A stretch of DNA of 64,000 nt from Dicyema japonicum (GCA_011109175.1 RDEW01000067.1:124001-188000); one strand, 5' to 3'; numbered from the stretch's first letter, positions 1 through 12,329 are shown. Translations and numbers: made by a program. The notes: generated from the letters alone by a model not told the origin.

Positions 1-900
1 AGGAACTTTTGTAGGGCCCCTGGCAGTTTTATGGAAGACATTGAATTAAGTAAAAAAAGGTACCGAGTTTGTTAGTCTTCTATTTGAAGTAAAAATTACT
101 GTGCTAGATTTTTTAGGCTTGTGTGAAACATGTTCCTCAAAAGCCAACAGCTCAGTTTGTCCTGTTAATCTTGTAAGCGCGTACCTGCTGTGTGACACAC
201 TGTTCTCTTGTTGCCAGGATTATTTCGTCAGCATAAGTAAGGACCAGACTGCTGTACTGCTATGGGAAGCCATATCGCTCATAAAAAGGTTGAAGTGAAT
301 TGGTGACAGTGGGGATCCTGTGGGACCCCATTTGGTAAAATTTACTGACAGAAAATGTAGAAAGTGAAATTATCTTTCCTTTTAGTCCGTTGAGAAAGTT
401 TGTAAGCCAAATTTTAAAACTCTTTGGAAGTTAGAGTAAAAAGTGAGTGAATTCCTCGGAATCGAGTCAAAAGTCTTTTTTATGTCAGTGGAGCACATAA
501 GGATATTTTATGCAAGGTTTCCAATGTAGGCCTTTCCTGATGAATTTCGTTAAGGATGTATGTTTTGTAGTTGTGGAGTGAGCCTTCTTAAAACCATGTT
601 AAGGATACGTCCAGAAGGTAGTGTTTAATCTGATCGAGAATGAGCTTGTCCAGAATTTTAGAAGAGGCACACAGAAGAGATATTGGTCTGTAAGAGTACG
701 GCGAGTCTTTCGGACGTCTGGTTTTTTAAATTGGTCGGATATCAGATAACATCCACAAAGTTGGATGGAATTCCTATTGACGGAGAAGTTAAAAATTCGG
801 GTGAGGGTCATGACGGCATAAGAGCCTATCGTCTTTGATACTATTGTAGAAATTCCATCGCTAGATTTTGAATCGTCTTCCATACATCATCCATAGAAAA
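1..900 (-). mobile_element. Degenerate Jockey/CR1-type non-LTR retrotransposon RT fragment
   Basis: Minus strand reads DIKKTFDSIPR (~450-485) and PNGVPQGSPLSP (~303-338), which are RT motifs; frames are broken. Same motifs as 49440-50800. Confidence 0.7.
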
Positions 901-1049
901 ACTATTTGTGGTTGCGTTACGTTTAGGTTTGATGGAAGAAATGGAAGAACCTTCAATTTCTGATGAGGGATAAAACTCACTGAAGAATAAACTATTATTA
1001 TTAATAGCACTTTCGAAGAACCAAAAAAGTAATTTATTTAATTAAGGTT

Positions 1050-2690
1050 CCGCTTGTGTTGTATTTTTCTTCAGGTTATTCTTTCTCCCAAAATTCTCTT
1101 AACTAACTTCCTCTATGCTCCACGGTTACTGGCGATTATTCTGAGCGTATCCAAATCGTTTCCTGTTTTCAGCTTTCGTCTTACATTGGTCAGATCCTTG
1201 TGTAGAACCTCTGGCAAAGTTATGCGATGTCTTCCATGGAACGAGGTATTCTGGGCAGAAATAGTTCTCCATTGCTATTTTAACAGGCGTCATCTGGCTC
1301 ATCCGAAGGATGTGACCAAATAGACGCCATCTTGATTCAAGGAATTCCAGACTCAATGGTCTTGTATTACATGCTTTGTATAGATTCTTGTTTGTAATTT
1401 TTTTGGTCAGGTGATGCCAAACAACAGTCGGAGTAGTGTACAATAGAAGGCATCTAGTTTGTCCATTACCGCTTGAGACTCCCCAGGTTGCAGCGTTGTA
1501 CATTAGGACCGGTTTCACGAATGCATTGTACAGTCTTACACGTAATTGTCTGCTAATTTGTTTACGATGATTCCAGACTACTCCCATTTTTTTAAAGGCC
1601 GCGAATCCAGACTACTCCGCGGCCAACATTTTCCTGTTAGTGATATCCTCAGCGTCTCCGAGCAACGACCCCGATTTTTTACAGTATCTCAATTTTTTAT
1701 CAATTCGGGTTAATTCATGGCGTATGGTAGTTATCTCCGTCTTTTCCGTATTGATTTTGATGAACCATTTTTCTAGCACATCTGGCATCCTTGTCCGTAT
1801 ATAGTTTAATGTTTACTCGTCGCTGGATATATAGTCGATATCATCTGCATAAATCACTTCAGTTAGTCTGAAGTCTCTGAGTGCCGCTTCCAGATATGTC
1901 ACAAAATGTACAGGTGACAAAGAGTCCCCTGCGGTACCCCGAACGTTGTCTCGAATGAGACAGACTCCAAATTTCCAAAACGTACACTTAGCTGCGTTGT
2001 TCTAAGTAATAGAAAGATCATTCTGACACTGTCCTCGTCAACCAACTTCTCCAAGATATCCAAAAGTCTCCCTCTGTGTATAGAGTCAAAGGCTTTGGAC
2101 ATGTCCATGCCAAGGATGCCAGTAGCCCCCTTGTACTTTTGATGTGTTGCACAGAGCTATCGATGTTTCCAGACCACATCAGCTGTAGATCTCCCTGACC
2201 TGAATCCGCTTTGACCGTGAGAGAGAAAGTTCTCGATGTCAGATCCAATCCTCTTCAGCACTATAAGTGATAGTGTCTTGCGTAGAGTCGTCAATAGTAC
2301 GATGGGTCTTAAATTCGTTAAGGGGGCCCTTAGCTTTTCCCGGTTTTTGTAGTGCAAAGTGTGCCATTACCCACATCCAGGGTGAGTTGTATTTGAATGT
2401 TTTGTTGTATCTCAGTTAATAGCTCAGAGATCTCTATCGGTGCATATTTGAGAAGTTCTGCATTTATGTTGTCAGAGCCAGCAGCTCTATTGTTGTTTAA
2501 TTTGTCCAGGGCTTTTTTTCCAAAATCGTTATCGGAATATTTAGTTCTCGTGCTTCACCATCGAATTGTTTGATGTTTTCCCCGTGGTTTTGATTGAAGG
2601 CCTGTTGATAATGGCTGGATATGGCCGATAAAATTTCATTTTTGATTAACATAGTCTTTCCAAAATGATCATGTGATTTTTGATGACTGC
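1050..2690 (-). mobile_element. RTE-clade non-LTR retrotransposon, RT and C-terminal region, frameshifted
   Basis: ORFs 2157-2357 (LRPIVLL, QSGFRSGRST), 1899-2108 (DMSKAFDSI, GVPQG) and 1126-1587 (VRLYNAFVKPVLMYNAATW, RWRLFGHILRM) show RTE-type motifs. Confidence 0.8.
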
Positions 2691-2694
2691 GTGT

Positions 2695-4150
2695 CTCTAT
2701 GTCCTGGTACCATCACTCTAGCTATGTAGAAAAGCCGATGATCATGAGGGACATCGGGAGTGATCATATACCCCAAGAGATGTTATTGAACCTAGCTCCA
2801 GACTCCATGGACTCTGTGTTTACAGGTTACGATTTAACAAGAATAAACTGGGAACACTACAGGAGGTACATATCAAGAAACCTTAAACACTGGAAGATTA
2901 AAGATTATTCCCGAAGTGATATCGACATCATAGACAATGAACTCTCTATCATGATGGAGACATACTTAATGCTTTACGGCAAAAAGGAGATCCTCGAGTA
3001 CTAATCATGGAAAGAGCATCAGTCTTTCGATTTATACATTATCTTTGGATCAATGAAAGAAATCGCCTGAGGACTAAACTCAGAAGATGTGTGGACTGGG
3101 ATAGACCGGATTGCACTAACTGAACAATTGAAGATAACCAAGAAAGCCATTGAAGAAGGGAATAAGACTATCTCAAGAACAATGTTTGAGGGTAGAGGCA
3201 AGCAAACTAAACACCAAAGACCCTCGTTCTGGAAGTTTTACAAAAGAATAACTAGCCAGAAAAAATGACATAAAAATCTCCTTGACCAAGCCAGAAGGTG
3301 GACTGTGTTCTATGAAAGAAGCCCCAGATATTTTAAAGAAACAACTGGATCGCATTCAGGGGGTCAACCCGATGGAGCTTATTCCGAGGAGATTTTAGAT
3401 TCTTCACGTGAAATTTTAACCTACTGTTTGGACGATCTTAAAGATACTGATATGAAAATAACTACGGAGGAAGTCATGACTGCAATCATGAGATGCAAGG
3501 CTAACGCTCCTGACTTGACCATCTAAGTATGAGATTGTTCAAGGAAGCCCAGAGGCTCTATTTCCCATACTGAAGAATTTATTCAATGCAAGCATTCATC
3601 ATGGTCATGTCCCTAAACGCTGGAAATCTTCCATTGTCAGAATGATACTGAAACAGAAAATCGAGAAGGACCCTCTCAGCTATAGGCCAATAAGCCTCAT
3701 CTGTTCGATCTCCAAGATTATCGAACGAATATTTTCAGGAGGCTTAACGACCACATAGAAGAGAGTGGTTTCCTCCTCGCAGAACAATGGGGCTTCAGAC
3801 CTGGAAAATCATGCACGGGACTGTATATACACAGATGCATTCAACTGTATTGAGAGGTCTGGAAGTCAAAAGACTAGTCAACCTGGTATGTTTGGATCTG
3901 TCCAAGGCTTTCGATAGTGTGTGCCATGAAGTACTCCTATCAAGGCTAGCAGCTGCTCAGATCCAAAGAAACTACTCAATCTGGATAAGGGATTTCCTAA
4001 CAGGATGGATTTTCCCAAGTACGCGTTGGAGCACATATTTTCGAAAGACATCATAGAGAGGAGTTCTCAGGGTTCCGATCCTAGAGCCCTCTGCTATTCA
4101 CAACATATTTCTATCGGATTTTCCAACTCCACCGGGCATAAACACAAAAC
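2695..4150 (+). mobile_element. Jockey/CR1-type LINE fragment (end of APE domain to RT), nested in the RTE remnant
   Basis: DIGSDHIP (APE end), YRPISLI, QWGFRPG, LDLSKAFDSVCHEVLL; multiple stops and frameshifts. Flanked on both sides by minus-strand RTE-like sequence. Confidence 0.7.
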
Positions 4151-4239
4151 TATGTTTTGAGCCTTTCTACTTTTTTAGCCAATCCAACAATTTTATTTTC
4201 CTTTATTTCCCTCGTTATTTTCTTTATTTTATACAGGGT

Positions 4240-4600
4240 TTGGTTCCGCATGACTCTTAGGATGTGTTCCTTTGCCTAGTCCTGACAGGATTCGACCTGC
4301 AAACGTAGGTTCCTCTGCAATTTGGATAGTTCTTCAAACTCGTGGTCATAGTGTCCGTTGAAATGCTTCGGTTTTACTCTAACTGTTGAATGGGCCGCGC
4401 ACTTTATTGCATCGATGGTGTCTTGCCACAGCTCAACAGACATTTTTTCTTTATTCCACTTTCTTATCTTTTCTCTCAATGTATTTTGATAGATTTTCCG
4501 AGTTGGTCCCACCAGTTGGTTGAGCTGGTGACGTGGCTCTATTGCACACATGTCTTTTTCGTGCTTTTCTTCGGGATCGTTCACTATTAGCTCGTTCAAT
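4240..4600 (-). mobile_element. RTE-like EN-RT linker fragment
   Basis: ORF 4276-4599 (YQNTLREKI, LWQDTIDAIKCAAHSTV) resembles the post-endonuclease linker and is collinear with the RT at 1050-2690. Confidence 0.5.
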
Positions 4601-5430
4601 GTAGAGGATTAAAGTCGGATACTAAAGAAGAAATTTATGCGTGGATCTTGGATCGTACAAGTAACCATGGCGTGCTTACAGAAACGAAAGGAAAAGGCGG
4701 ACTAGATGAAATCAACAATGATTTCCGCCTGATTCTGCACCCTTAGAATTTCCCACACTACGGCATGGGAATTGCAATACAAAAATAACTGAACGGAGGT
4801 GAGTGATAGAATATGTGTTTTACAATTAAAATACGGTGAAAAGAACAATTCCATAATCTCCATTATTAATGTATATGCACCAACTTCGGTGAGAGTATCA
4901 ATCAATGGAGACGAGCTATATGACTTCTATTCCTCCCTGTCGCAACTATATGCATCTTTGGAAACATCGTTCATGATATACATTGCCGGAGATTGGAACG
5001 CAAAGGCAGGACGTGGGAGTAGTCACGAAGAATTCATGGGAAGCCATGAAAGAGGATCAGGAACCAGTCAGGAGAATCGCTTATCGAATTTTACAATACA
5101 TTCTAACTATTTCTATGCAATACTGCTTTCAGGCACTCAGCAAGACATAAGACGACATAGAGCTGCTACCGAAAAGACAAATCTGGGACTATTAAAACTA
5201 TATATAACCAAATAGATTACATTATCTGCAAACAAACCTACAAGGCACTACTAACAGATTCTCGGAGCTTCACTGGGACACTAGTAGATAGTGATCACAG
5301 ATTGGTTGTAGCACGTTTCATTTTCAAACGAGATTTTGGGTTTCCAAATCGGCTGACATGAGAATATCTGAAGGGAGGTTTGCAGTGGAGCAACTTTGCA
5401 TGGTGGTACCGACTCAAGAAGGACCAAAAG
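4600..5430 (+). mobile_element. RTE-clade APE endonuclease fragment
   Basis: DRICVLQ, INVYAPTS, IAGDWNAKAG, IDYII and VDSDHRLVVARF are APE motifs. Confidence 0.8.
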
Positions 5431-5510
5431 CATAAATCTGAGTTAATTAAATACTAAAAATATTTACAAAATCATTAAAATTACAAAATTAATTTTAAAA
5501 TAATTTAAAT

Positions 5511-7172
5511 ATGAAAATGTCACGTGGCTATGGAATATTGAATTTGTTTTCAAACAAATTCTTACGTCGCGCTTCACTCAGTACTCAATATCCTCACAAA
5601 TTCGTCACAAATTACACGATAAACGAATTCTTGGACAGATTTTCTTTCTTAGGAAAGCTTGAGTCAACCTCTGAAGATGTTAATTTAGCTGGTTTTCTCG
5701 TCGATTTGATGGTCAGGCCGCATTTCCAAAATCCGAGAGTTAGGCTCTAAGCTGACCTTCCTTGATATTGTTGATTCTGCTAAAAAGCTGCAAATTAAAG
5801 TCCAAAAGTACTCTTATTCATCACACTAGCCTACATCCCCCAAAACTCAACTGTGGGGACATTGTGGGGTGTGCTGGTTTCCCAAGTTGTGTTCATTTTT
5901 ACATTAAGTTCGCACAAATACGGGTGAGCTGAGTCTGCAGGCGACCGACGTGAGCATTCTCTCCCCCTGTCTGCACGAGATTCCCAATCCTGTGATAGGA
6001 TTTGAGGACAAGGTTGGTTTGAGCTTATTTGGAAGGATAAGAGACGAAGACAGAGATATTTGGACATGCTCGTGAATAGTCAGGTTAGGGAGACGTTCTA
6101 CACACGTGCCAAGATTATCCGTTTTATCCGTTCTTTCTTCGACAATTTGGACTTTTTGGAGGTATTAGAGTTGCTCATATTAGGTGGAGACCCCGATTCT
6201 GCTGGATGTCTCTAGTGGGGCTATAGCTAGGCCATTTGTGACTCGCCACAGCAACAAACGTGAACAACTATTTTTGAGGATAGCTCCAGAGCTCAATCTA
6301 AAGGTACATTGACTGTAAAAGACATCAGAGGCTGGTTATTGGAGGTCTCAATCGAGTCTATGAGATTGGCAAACAATTCAGGGACGAAGGAACCGATTCC
6401 TCCCATAACCCGGAGTTCACGACCTGTGAGTTCTATATGGCTTATGGGGATTACTTTGATGCCATGGAGATCACTGAACGTTTCCTTGCAAGTAAGAGGG
6501 TCTGTCTTTTTAGCTTTGTGTGACCACGTGGTCGGTTCTAGAGAGTTTTCGGTAGGGAATACAAGATTACGGATCTCCCCGCCTTTCGATCGGATCGACG
6601 TGATCCCTAGTCTTGAAGAGGAACTTGGATTTAAATTACCCGATCCGACCGAGTTAGACACACGTGGTTGTCTGAGATTGTGATTTCAGAGTCCCATGAC
6701 CTACTGGAAAGGATATGTGCTGTGAATGACATTTTTTGTGCCCCTCCGAGGTCCCCGAGTCGCTTGATGGACAAGGTTGTGGTGTGTGTGGTCATTTATA
6801 GCTGGTGAAGCGATTTATTGAGCCAAAATGTATAAATCCGACATTTATTTGCAACCATCCTTCAATAATGTCCATTAGCCAAAGGGTGGAGTTTAGGTTA
6901 ATTAAAGACATCGAGATAGGCCCGGGATCTCTGAGAGGTTCGAGCTGTTTATGTGTGGCATGGAGTTGGTGAATGCCTACACAGAACAGAATGACCCCAA
7001 AGTGCAGTTGCAACAGTTTGTTGCTCAGAATGTAGACTGTGACAGGGATTACTGCCGGGCTTTAGAGTATGGACTTCCCCCAACTGTTGGTTGGGGTCTG
7101 GGGGTAGACAGATTGGTCATGCTGATTACTAACAACTCCGATATTAAAGATGTCATTTTATTCCCGCGTTAA
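5511..7172 (+). CDS. KARS1: Class II lysyl-tRNA synthetase, eukaryotic type, divergent, 9 tiny introns; two apparent frame disruptions (~5827-5830 and ~6872)
   Basis: Spliced reading gives [84 protein letters not shown] and [23 protein letters not shown] introns at 5692-5716, 5886-5908, 6013-6035, 6162-6183, 6304-6328, 6492-6513, 6667-6689, 6776-6801 and 6886-6907. Confidence 0.9.
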
Positions 7173-7189
7173 ATGTGGTTGTTACTTGA

Positions 7190-7510
7190 ATTTTGTAAAT
7201 TATTTGTGTTAATCCAACGTGTTTGCACTTTGCGTCTTCGTTGGACAAAGTCAACTTGTTTCTTAAGCAACTATGTCTTTATAGACTTGAACAGACCCTA
7301 CACTCAACATTCTTTTGTTGGAGTCGTCGATACGATGGAATGGTAGCGGATTCCTCCGCTTTTGTCAACATCCAGTGAATCCAAAATGTTTGTCCGTGTC
7401 ACGAGCTTAAAAATGAACGGTCTTCCCTTAGACTTCGTCGTCCTGTCAAGTAATCGTATAGACCAGTGGTTCCCATCCTGGGTTCCGCGAAATTTAAAAA
7501 TCATTTAATA
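7190..7510 (-). mobile_element. Possible piggyBac-like transposase C-terminal Cys-rich remnant (second copy 22580-22910)
   Basis: Minus frames give ECRVCSSL and AKCKHVGL with stops. No TTAA-bounded TIR was found. Confidence 0.3.
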
Positions 7511-7559
7511 ATTTTTGGGATAAATTTGATGACGATTGGGTTCAAAATCCATTCAGTGA

Positions 7560-8030
7560 AGTAATACCAGCAAATCTAACATCAATTCAATATTCTTATT
7601 GCTTTGACATCAGAATCCAGTCAAATCAGATATATAAAATGAACCCCTTTTTAAATTTTGGAGAGCATAAATTTCAAAATACCATGATATCCCAAATGCT
7701 ATACGTAAACTATTACCTTTTCCAGCGACTTACTTATGAGAGTCAGGGTTTTCAATATATACATCGGTTCTTTTTCAATACATGCTTCACGAATTAAGGC
7801 TCTAAATGAATTAATGATTTTTTTGAATATTAGATCTAAAAATAAAAAAATGAACAATGCCGAATTTGTAAATATTATTATAAATTTGCAAAAGTACCTA
7901 TACATCTACCAAAACTTCCGTGATATGAGGAGACAGTTGTTAACAATAACTCCTAACGTTACACAACTATGCTATAGTGAAAAGTTACCTCAATGTTCAT
8001 ATTAAAATTATTTTTGGATATTACGATTAT
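7560..8030 (-). pseudogene. Unidentified AT-rich gene fragment with probable introns (copy 22960-23440)
   Basis: Exon-like ELLLTTVSSYHGSFGRCI and LIFKKIINSFRALIREACIEKEPMYILKTL segments separated by GT..AG stretches; family not recognised. Confidence 0.3.
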
Positions 8031-8039
8031 TTTTGCAAC

Positions 8040-8610
8040 ATGCAAACATCAACTCCCTGTACAGTCAATCCGAATACAGTCATCGTCCAAAAGGGTCCCC
8101 AGGGAGAAACACGGGAGTGCATCCAGCCACGCTCAGCTCCCATGGTTGGCGGCAAACACGAGGCATGCAAGACGATGCTGGTTGGCCTTAGACTTTAGCA
8201 CGTCGTAGATATTCTTGGAGTAGATCTCATCCCAGTCACGTTGCCTCGAAGGAAGCGTGCATTGGTTCCAACTCGGCACATCAAAGTGAATGTTTAGAAG
8301 AAATTCGGCAGATTTTCTCAATGTCCTATCCAGTGACAGGAGGATGTCACGATGTTTGATCCATCAAACGTGGTCCCCGCCGACATATCGACGTTGTGTT
8401 GCCTCTCATAATTGCAACAGAGATCAACTGGAGTAGCCACCGGGTCTCAAGTGCGTCGTGGCTTTTTAGTGTAGCTAGGCGTCCAAGTTTATTAAACGAA
8501 GCTATCTCACACTTATTCCCCCAGTTGTCTCAACAACAATGAGGTAGAACGTAAATCGGTCGCGTAGCGCTTAGTATTTCTTCTCCTTTGCCCTCATTTT
8601 TCCCTTTCGA
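8040..8610 (-). mobile_element. CRE-clade retrotransposon fragments (two families abutting)
   Basis: 8040-8350 matches 24600-24915 (CRE C-terminal region); 8350-8610 matches the 3' end of the CRE at 12915-13170. Confidence 0.7.
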
Positions 8611-8689
8611 ATTGTGAATGGAATAAATATATTGATTTATAATTATTAACCCCAGGCTTACCATTGTAAGCCCAGCACAAAGTCATAAC

Positions 8690-8940
8690 TAACAAATCCA
8701 AGGAAAGAACCAAAGGGAGAACATCTGCTTGTGCCGACCAAATCCATCTTCCAATACTTCATTACAAACTTCTGCTTCTGAAGAGAGGTGGAGAAGTAGA
8801 TCCGCCCTCTTCCATTTTTGTCCCACGTCCTACCGTCGGGGACATCAATTTATTCTTTAGCTGAATAGTTTTCATAATGGAATCTTCAACAGAGGATTTG
8901 GTCAGGGAAATAGGTAGGAAAGGGTTTGGTCAGGGGATAT
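8690..8940. repeat. Unidentified dispersed repeat family (also 25255-25500; diverged relatives at 43110-43300 and 61795-61980)
   Basis: Shared core ATCCAAGGAA(A/G)GAACC(A/C)AAGGGAGAA..CTGCTTGTG..ACCAAATCCATC; the plus frame NPRKEPKGExLLVxTKSI is conserved with synonymous changes. Confidence 0.55.
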
Positions 8941-8999
8941 GTTGATTTCATTGTAGTTAATATTTATGTTTTCACACATATAATAATAATCTTTCCATT

Positions 9000-10080
9000 T
9001 TAGCATCAAATAATAATATTTGTTTCCATGGACGTACTCTCCGTTTACTATCCTACGCATTTCGATATAGATAAATTCAAGCAGCTAGGTAAATTTGTTA
9101 AGAAAAAAATTGTAAACCCCATCGAAACCTGGGGCCTTTCAATTAGACAAATCTCGAATAGTTTGTTCAAACAGATTCTTGAGTATTCAACAGACACGTC
9201 TTTAACATCAGTCATTCTTTTTCCGATATTAAACATTCAGAATTTAGACTTCTCTTTTTCCATAATTCTTCCCAAAAATGTGTGTATTTTTCATTATCAA
9301 ATGAGATATTAATATTATTATGTCCTAAATTCAAATTCCTGTAAAAGAACCTTCTATTCAATTCAGACATTTGCTTTTTCATACGAAATTTCCTCCTTGA
9401 TTCAAACGTCAACATATTTTTTCTCCTTGACTTTAATCTTATCTTGAAAAAGAGACGTAATTCAGGCCCTTTCTCCAGATTTTATTTTTTTGTATCCAAC
9501 TAGCGACAAAGCATGACACCATAGACTTCTCTTAAGTAGAAAAAGTCCTCGTAAAAAACTTTTCAATAAAAACAAAATGTGATTTCCACTGATTAATTTT
9601 CTTAGTAATATTTTCCTTCCATTTTGAAGCTCAAAATCTTTGTGGTAAGAGATTGGTAGGCAGTTTGCCAGCATAAATTATAGAGGAAGTTTGATCAATT
9701 GATGTTAGGTGATGAACTATTATCCAAGCATTAATAAAACGATTCAGGCATTCAAGAATATCCACATCAACTTTTACATGAGGAATTTTCTTGAGAATGT
9801 TAAATTGACTGATTCGTTCGTAACTCTTCAACTGTAGGGACACAACCGATTCAAGAGCGCGGCAGTCCATTGTACTCGACAATCAGCTGTTGAGGAAGAC
9901 ATTATTACTTGTAAAACCGGAAATTTCGTGTTGTTTTGCTGAGGACAAATACTATCAGCATCCGCGTCAGGAACATGTCGGACAAGCTCGGCTCCGTTCG
10001 ATTTGGGTTTTCTTTATGGCTTTTGGCAAGAGAAGTCCGCATAATCCGATGAATTTAGATGGTTCTTAGCAACAACAACA
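9000..10080 (-). mobile_element. Degenerate 5' half of an R4/Dong-type RLE retrotransposon (copy 25550-26640)
   Basis: ELNRRFFYRNL and FWEELWKK match ELNRRRFYRNL and FWEKVWSK of the 33073-36663 element; KKIPHVKVDVDILECLN matches its N-terminal region. Confidence 0.7.
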
Positions 10081-10267
10081 GTTAACCAGTAACATCATTT
10101 CGTGTCTTTAAAATCTAAATATAATAATCAATGAATTCTTTAAAATAATAACAATTATTAAATCGGTCATAATTATTTTTTATAAATAAATATAAAAAAT
10201 GATAAATTATTGCAAAGTTTATGTTGGCAAACCAAACTTTATAATAAATGATTAATAAAATTAGGTA

Positions 10268-11230
10268 ATGATGATCTACTTGATACTTTTTCTGATTGAC
10301 ATTACTTTCCAGAAATTAAAACATCTAAATAATGAAAATTTCTTTGATGAAGTTAGCAAAGCCGATTGGTATATTGTTGAATTCAGTATTTATTTGGTTG
10401 TAATAATTTTAGACAAAAATTTTTTCTTATCAACTCTACATGAGGTGAGTTTACGTCATAAATTTTCCAAACTATCTAGAGAATTATCAGAACAAAATAT
10501 AAAGTTCGGATATGTGGATGCAACTTTCAATAAAGAGTTGATCAAAAAATTAGGTATTGAAAGTTTACCATCATTTGTCCTATTTAAAAATGGAACAAAG
10601 TCAGAAGAATATTATGGTAACTTTTATTTAGTTAAAGTAGGAGAACAAACAATTGAAAAAATAAGAGATTATCTTGAAGATACAACAGGTCAACATTGGT
10701 TAAATAAATTCAACTATAAAGATATATTTCAGAGAAACAAAAAAGTTATTGTGATAATGGTTGATAAAAAATCATATAAAATTAATGAATTAATAACAGT
10801 AGCTAATAATGCTAGTAAAGAACACAATGATGTTAAAATTTTTAATTTTAATTTCAGATGGATTTCTGCTTTTTGGATTCCAAAGATCGTCAATTCCAAT
10901 ATCTTGAACATTTCTTTAAAGTACATGAATTTCCAGCCTTTGTTGGATTGAACACAGGAGCGGACAATAATAGAGTCAGTCGACACGTTCCAATTGGAAC
11001 TTTTAATTCAACAAATCTAATCAATTACTTTAACAATTTTCCAAATTCTAAACTCAACGTAAATTTTTATTTCAGTGATATTTAGAACAGTCAATCCGAC
11101 TTGTATTGGAATAATAAAACTGTCGAAGTTATCACATGGAGAAACTTTCGTGGATTGTTAGACCTGATTTGTATTAATCTTATCTAATTATAGTTGAAAC
11201 CAATAATAGTTGAACGTGACTGCTCCAACC
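10268..11230 (+). CDS. PDI-like secreted multi-thioredoxin-fold protein with no visible CXXC; 3' end uncertain
   Basis: Hydrophobic N-terminus, LNNENFFDEV, IVEF, FGYVDAT, LGIESLPSFVLFKNG and EEYYG. Probable GT-AG introns of 27, 24, 26 and 27 nt join the 10268 and 10858 ORFs. Confidence 0.65.
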
Positions 11231-12329
11231 TTAGATAGCTTGGGTTTCTCTTTGGGGATTATTTTTGGTTTTTGATAAATTGAATTCAATTTCTTTTATT
11301 ATAAGTTAGATTATTCATATTTTTCAATAAAATTAGGTCAATCTGTTCTTATATTTTATTATTCATTCGAATTAAAACTGAGCCAACAATCACGAATGTT
11401 CGAAAAGATAAAATTTGTTATCTGAGAGACATCTGCTTTTTCCAACAGATTGATAGCTGGAATTAAGAGAGAAGAATTGAAGCGAGACTTGATTATTGAT
11501 AACGTTGTTCCTCGTGTCCCAATTATTTTAATTTCTAATTTCTCTTTTATAATTTTATATTTTGGTTAATTGATCGTAGAAAATTATTCTACACATAAGG
11601 TTTAAGCAAAGTTAAATAAAGACCATGAGGTGAAATAGCGTACTTTAATGTGAATAGCTATGATCTTTCATCATATGTCAAGTCTACTACGTGATGACTT
11701 AGTGATAAGAGACCCCAGAGAGATTATCTTGAGGGCTATTAACAGATAGATTATTCATATTTGAATTTTTAGTAAAATTAGGTTAAACTGTTCTCATATT
11801 TTGATATTTTTTGGAAACTAAAATTGATTTAATTAATAAGATAAAGTATCTTACCCTGACAAACAGCTCATAGTCTTTATACCTTGAGATTTACAAAGAC
11901 CTTATTAGCTACATTTTTGGCAGGACACGCATTTTATTTCAAGTAAAGAACAGTTATCATCACTAATTGATAAGAGGGAATTAAGGATGCTACTGACTCT
12001 TTTTTCCTTTTTGTTAGGTGTGATTCCTCTTTAGAAGATCCGGATACGCTGTGAGATTTTCACTGATGACGTCGTCACTTGTCAAGCCAAAACAATTGAC
12101 AAAAAAAAACTTGTAAAATTCTTGTGTACTAAATCTATATCAAACTGAAGTCATTTATTTTTCATTTTAGTATATAAATTAATTGCCATCTCATACCGAC
12201 TAGAATATCATTCAGCTGCTCGAAGATCTCTTTGAAAGTGTTTATTAGAGATTGTGAAATATCCAGAGCATTCGTGCAAGATGAGGTGGAAAGTTCATTT
12301 TGGATATCCATGGAAATGTAAACGAGGAA

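Noticed and set aside
10729-10986. Minus-strand ORFs opposite host genes and elements (e.g. 10729-10986, 6293-6661, 34071-34424, 58328-58711)
   Set aside because: These are antisense shadows of identified coding regions, with no independent motifs.
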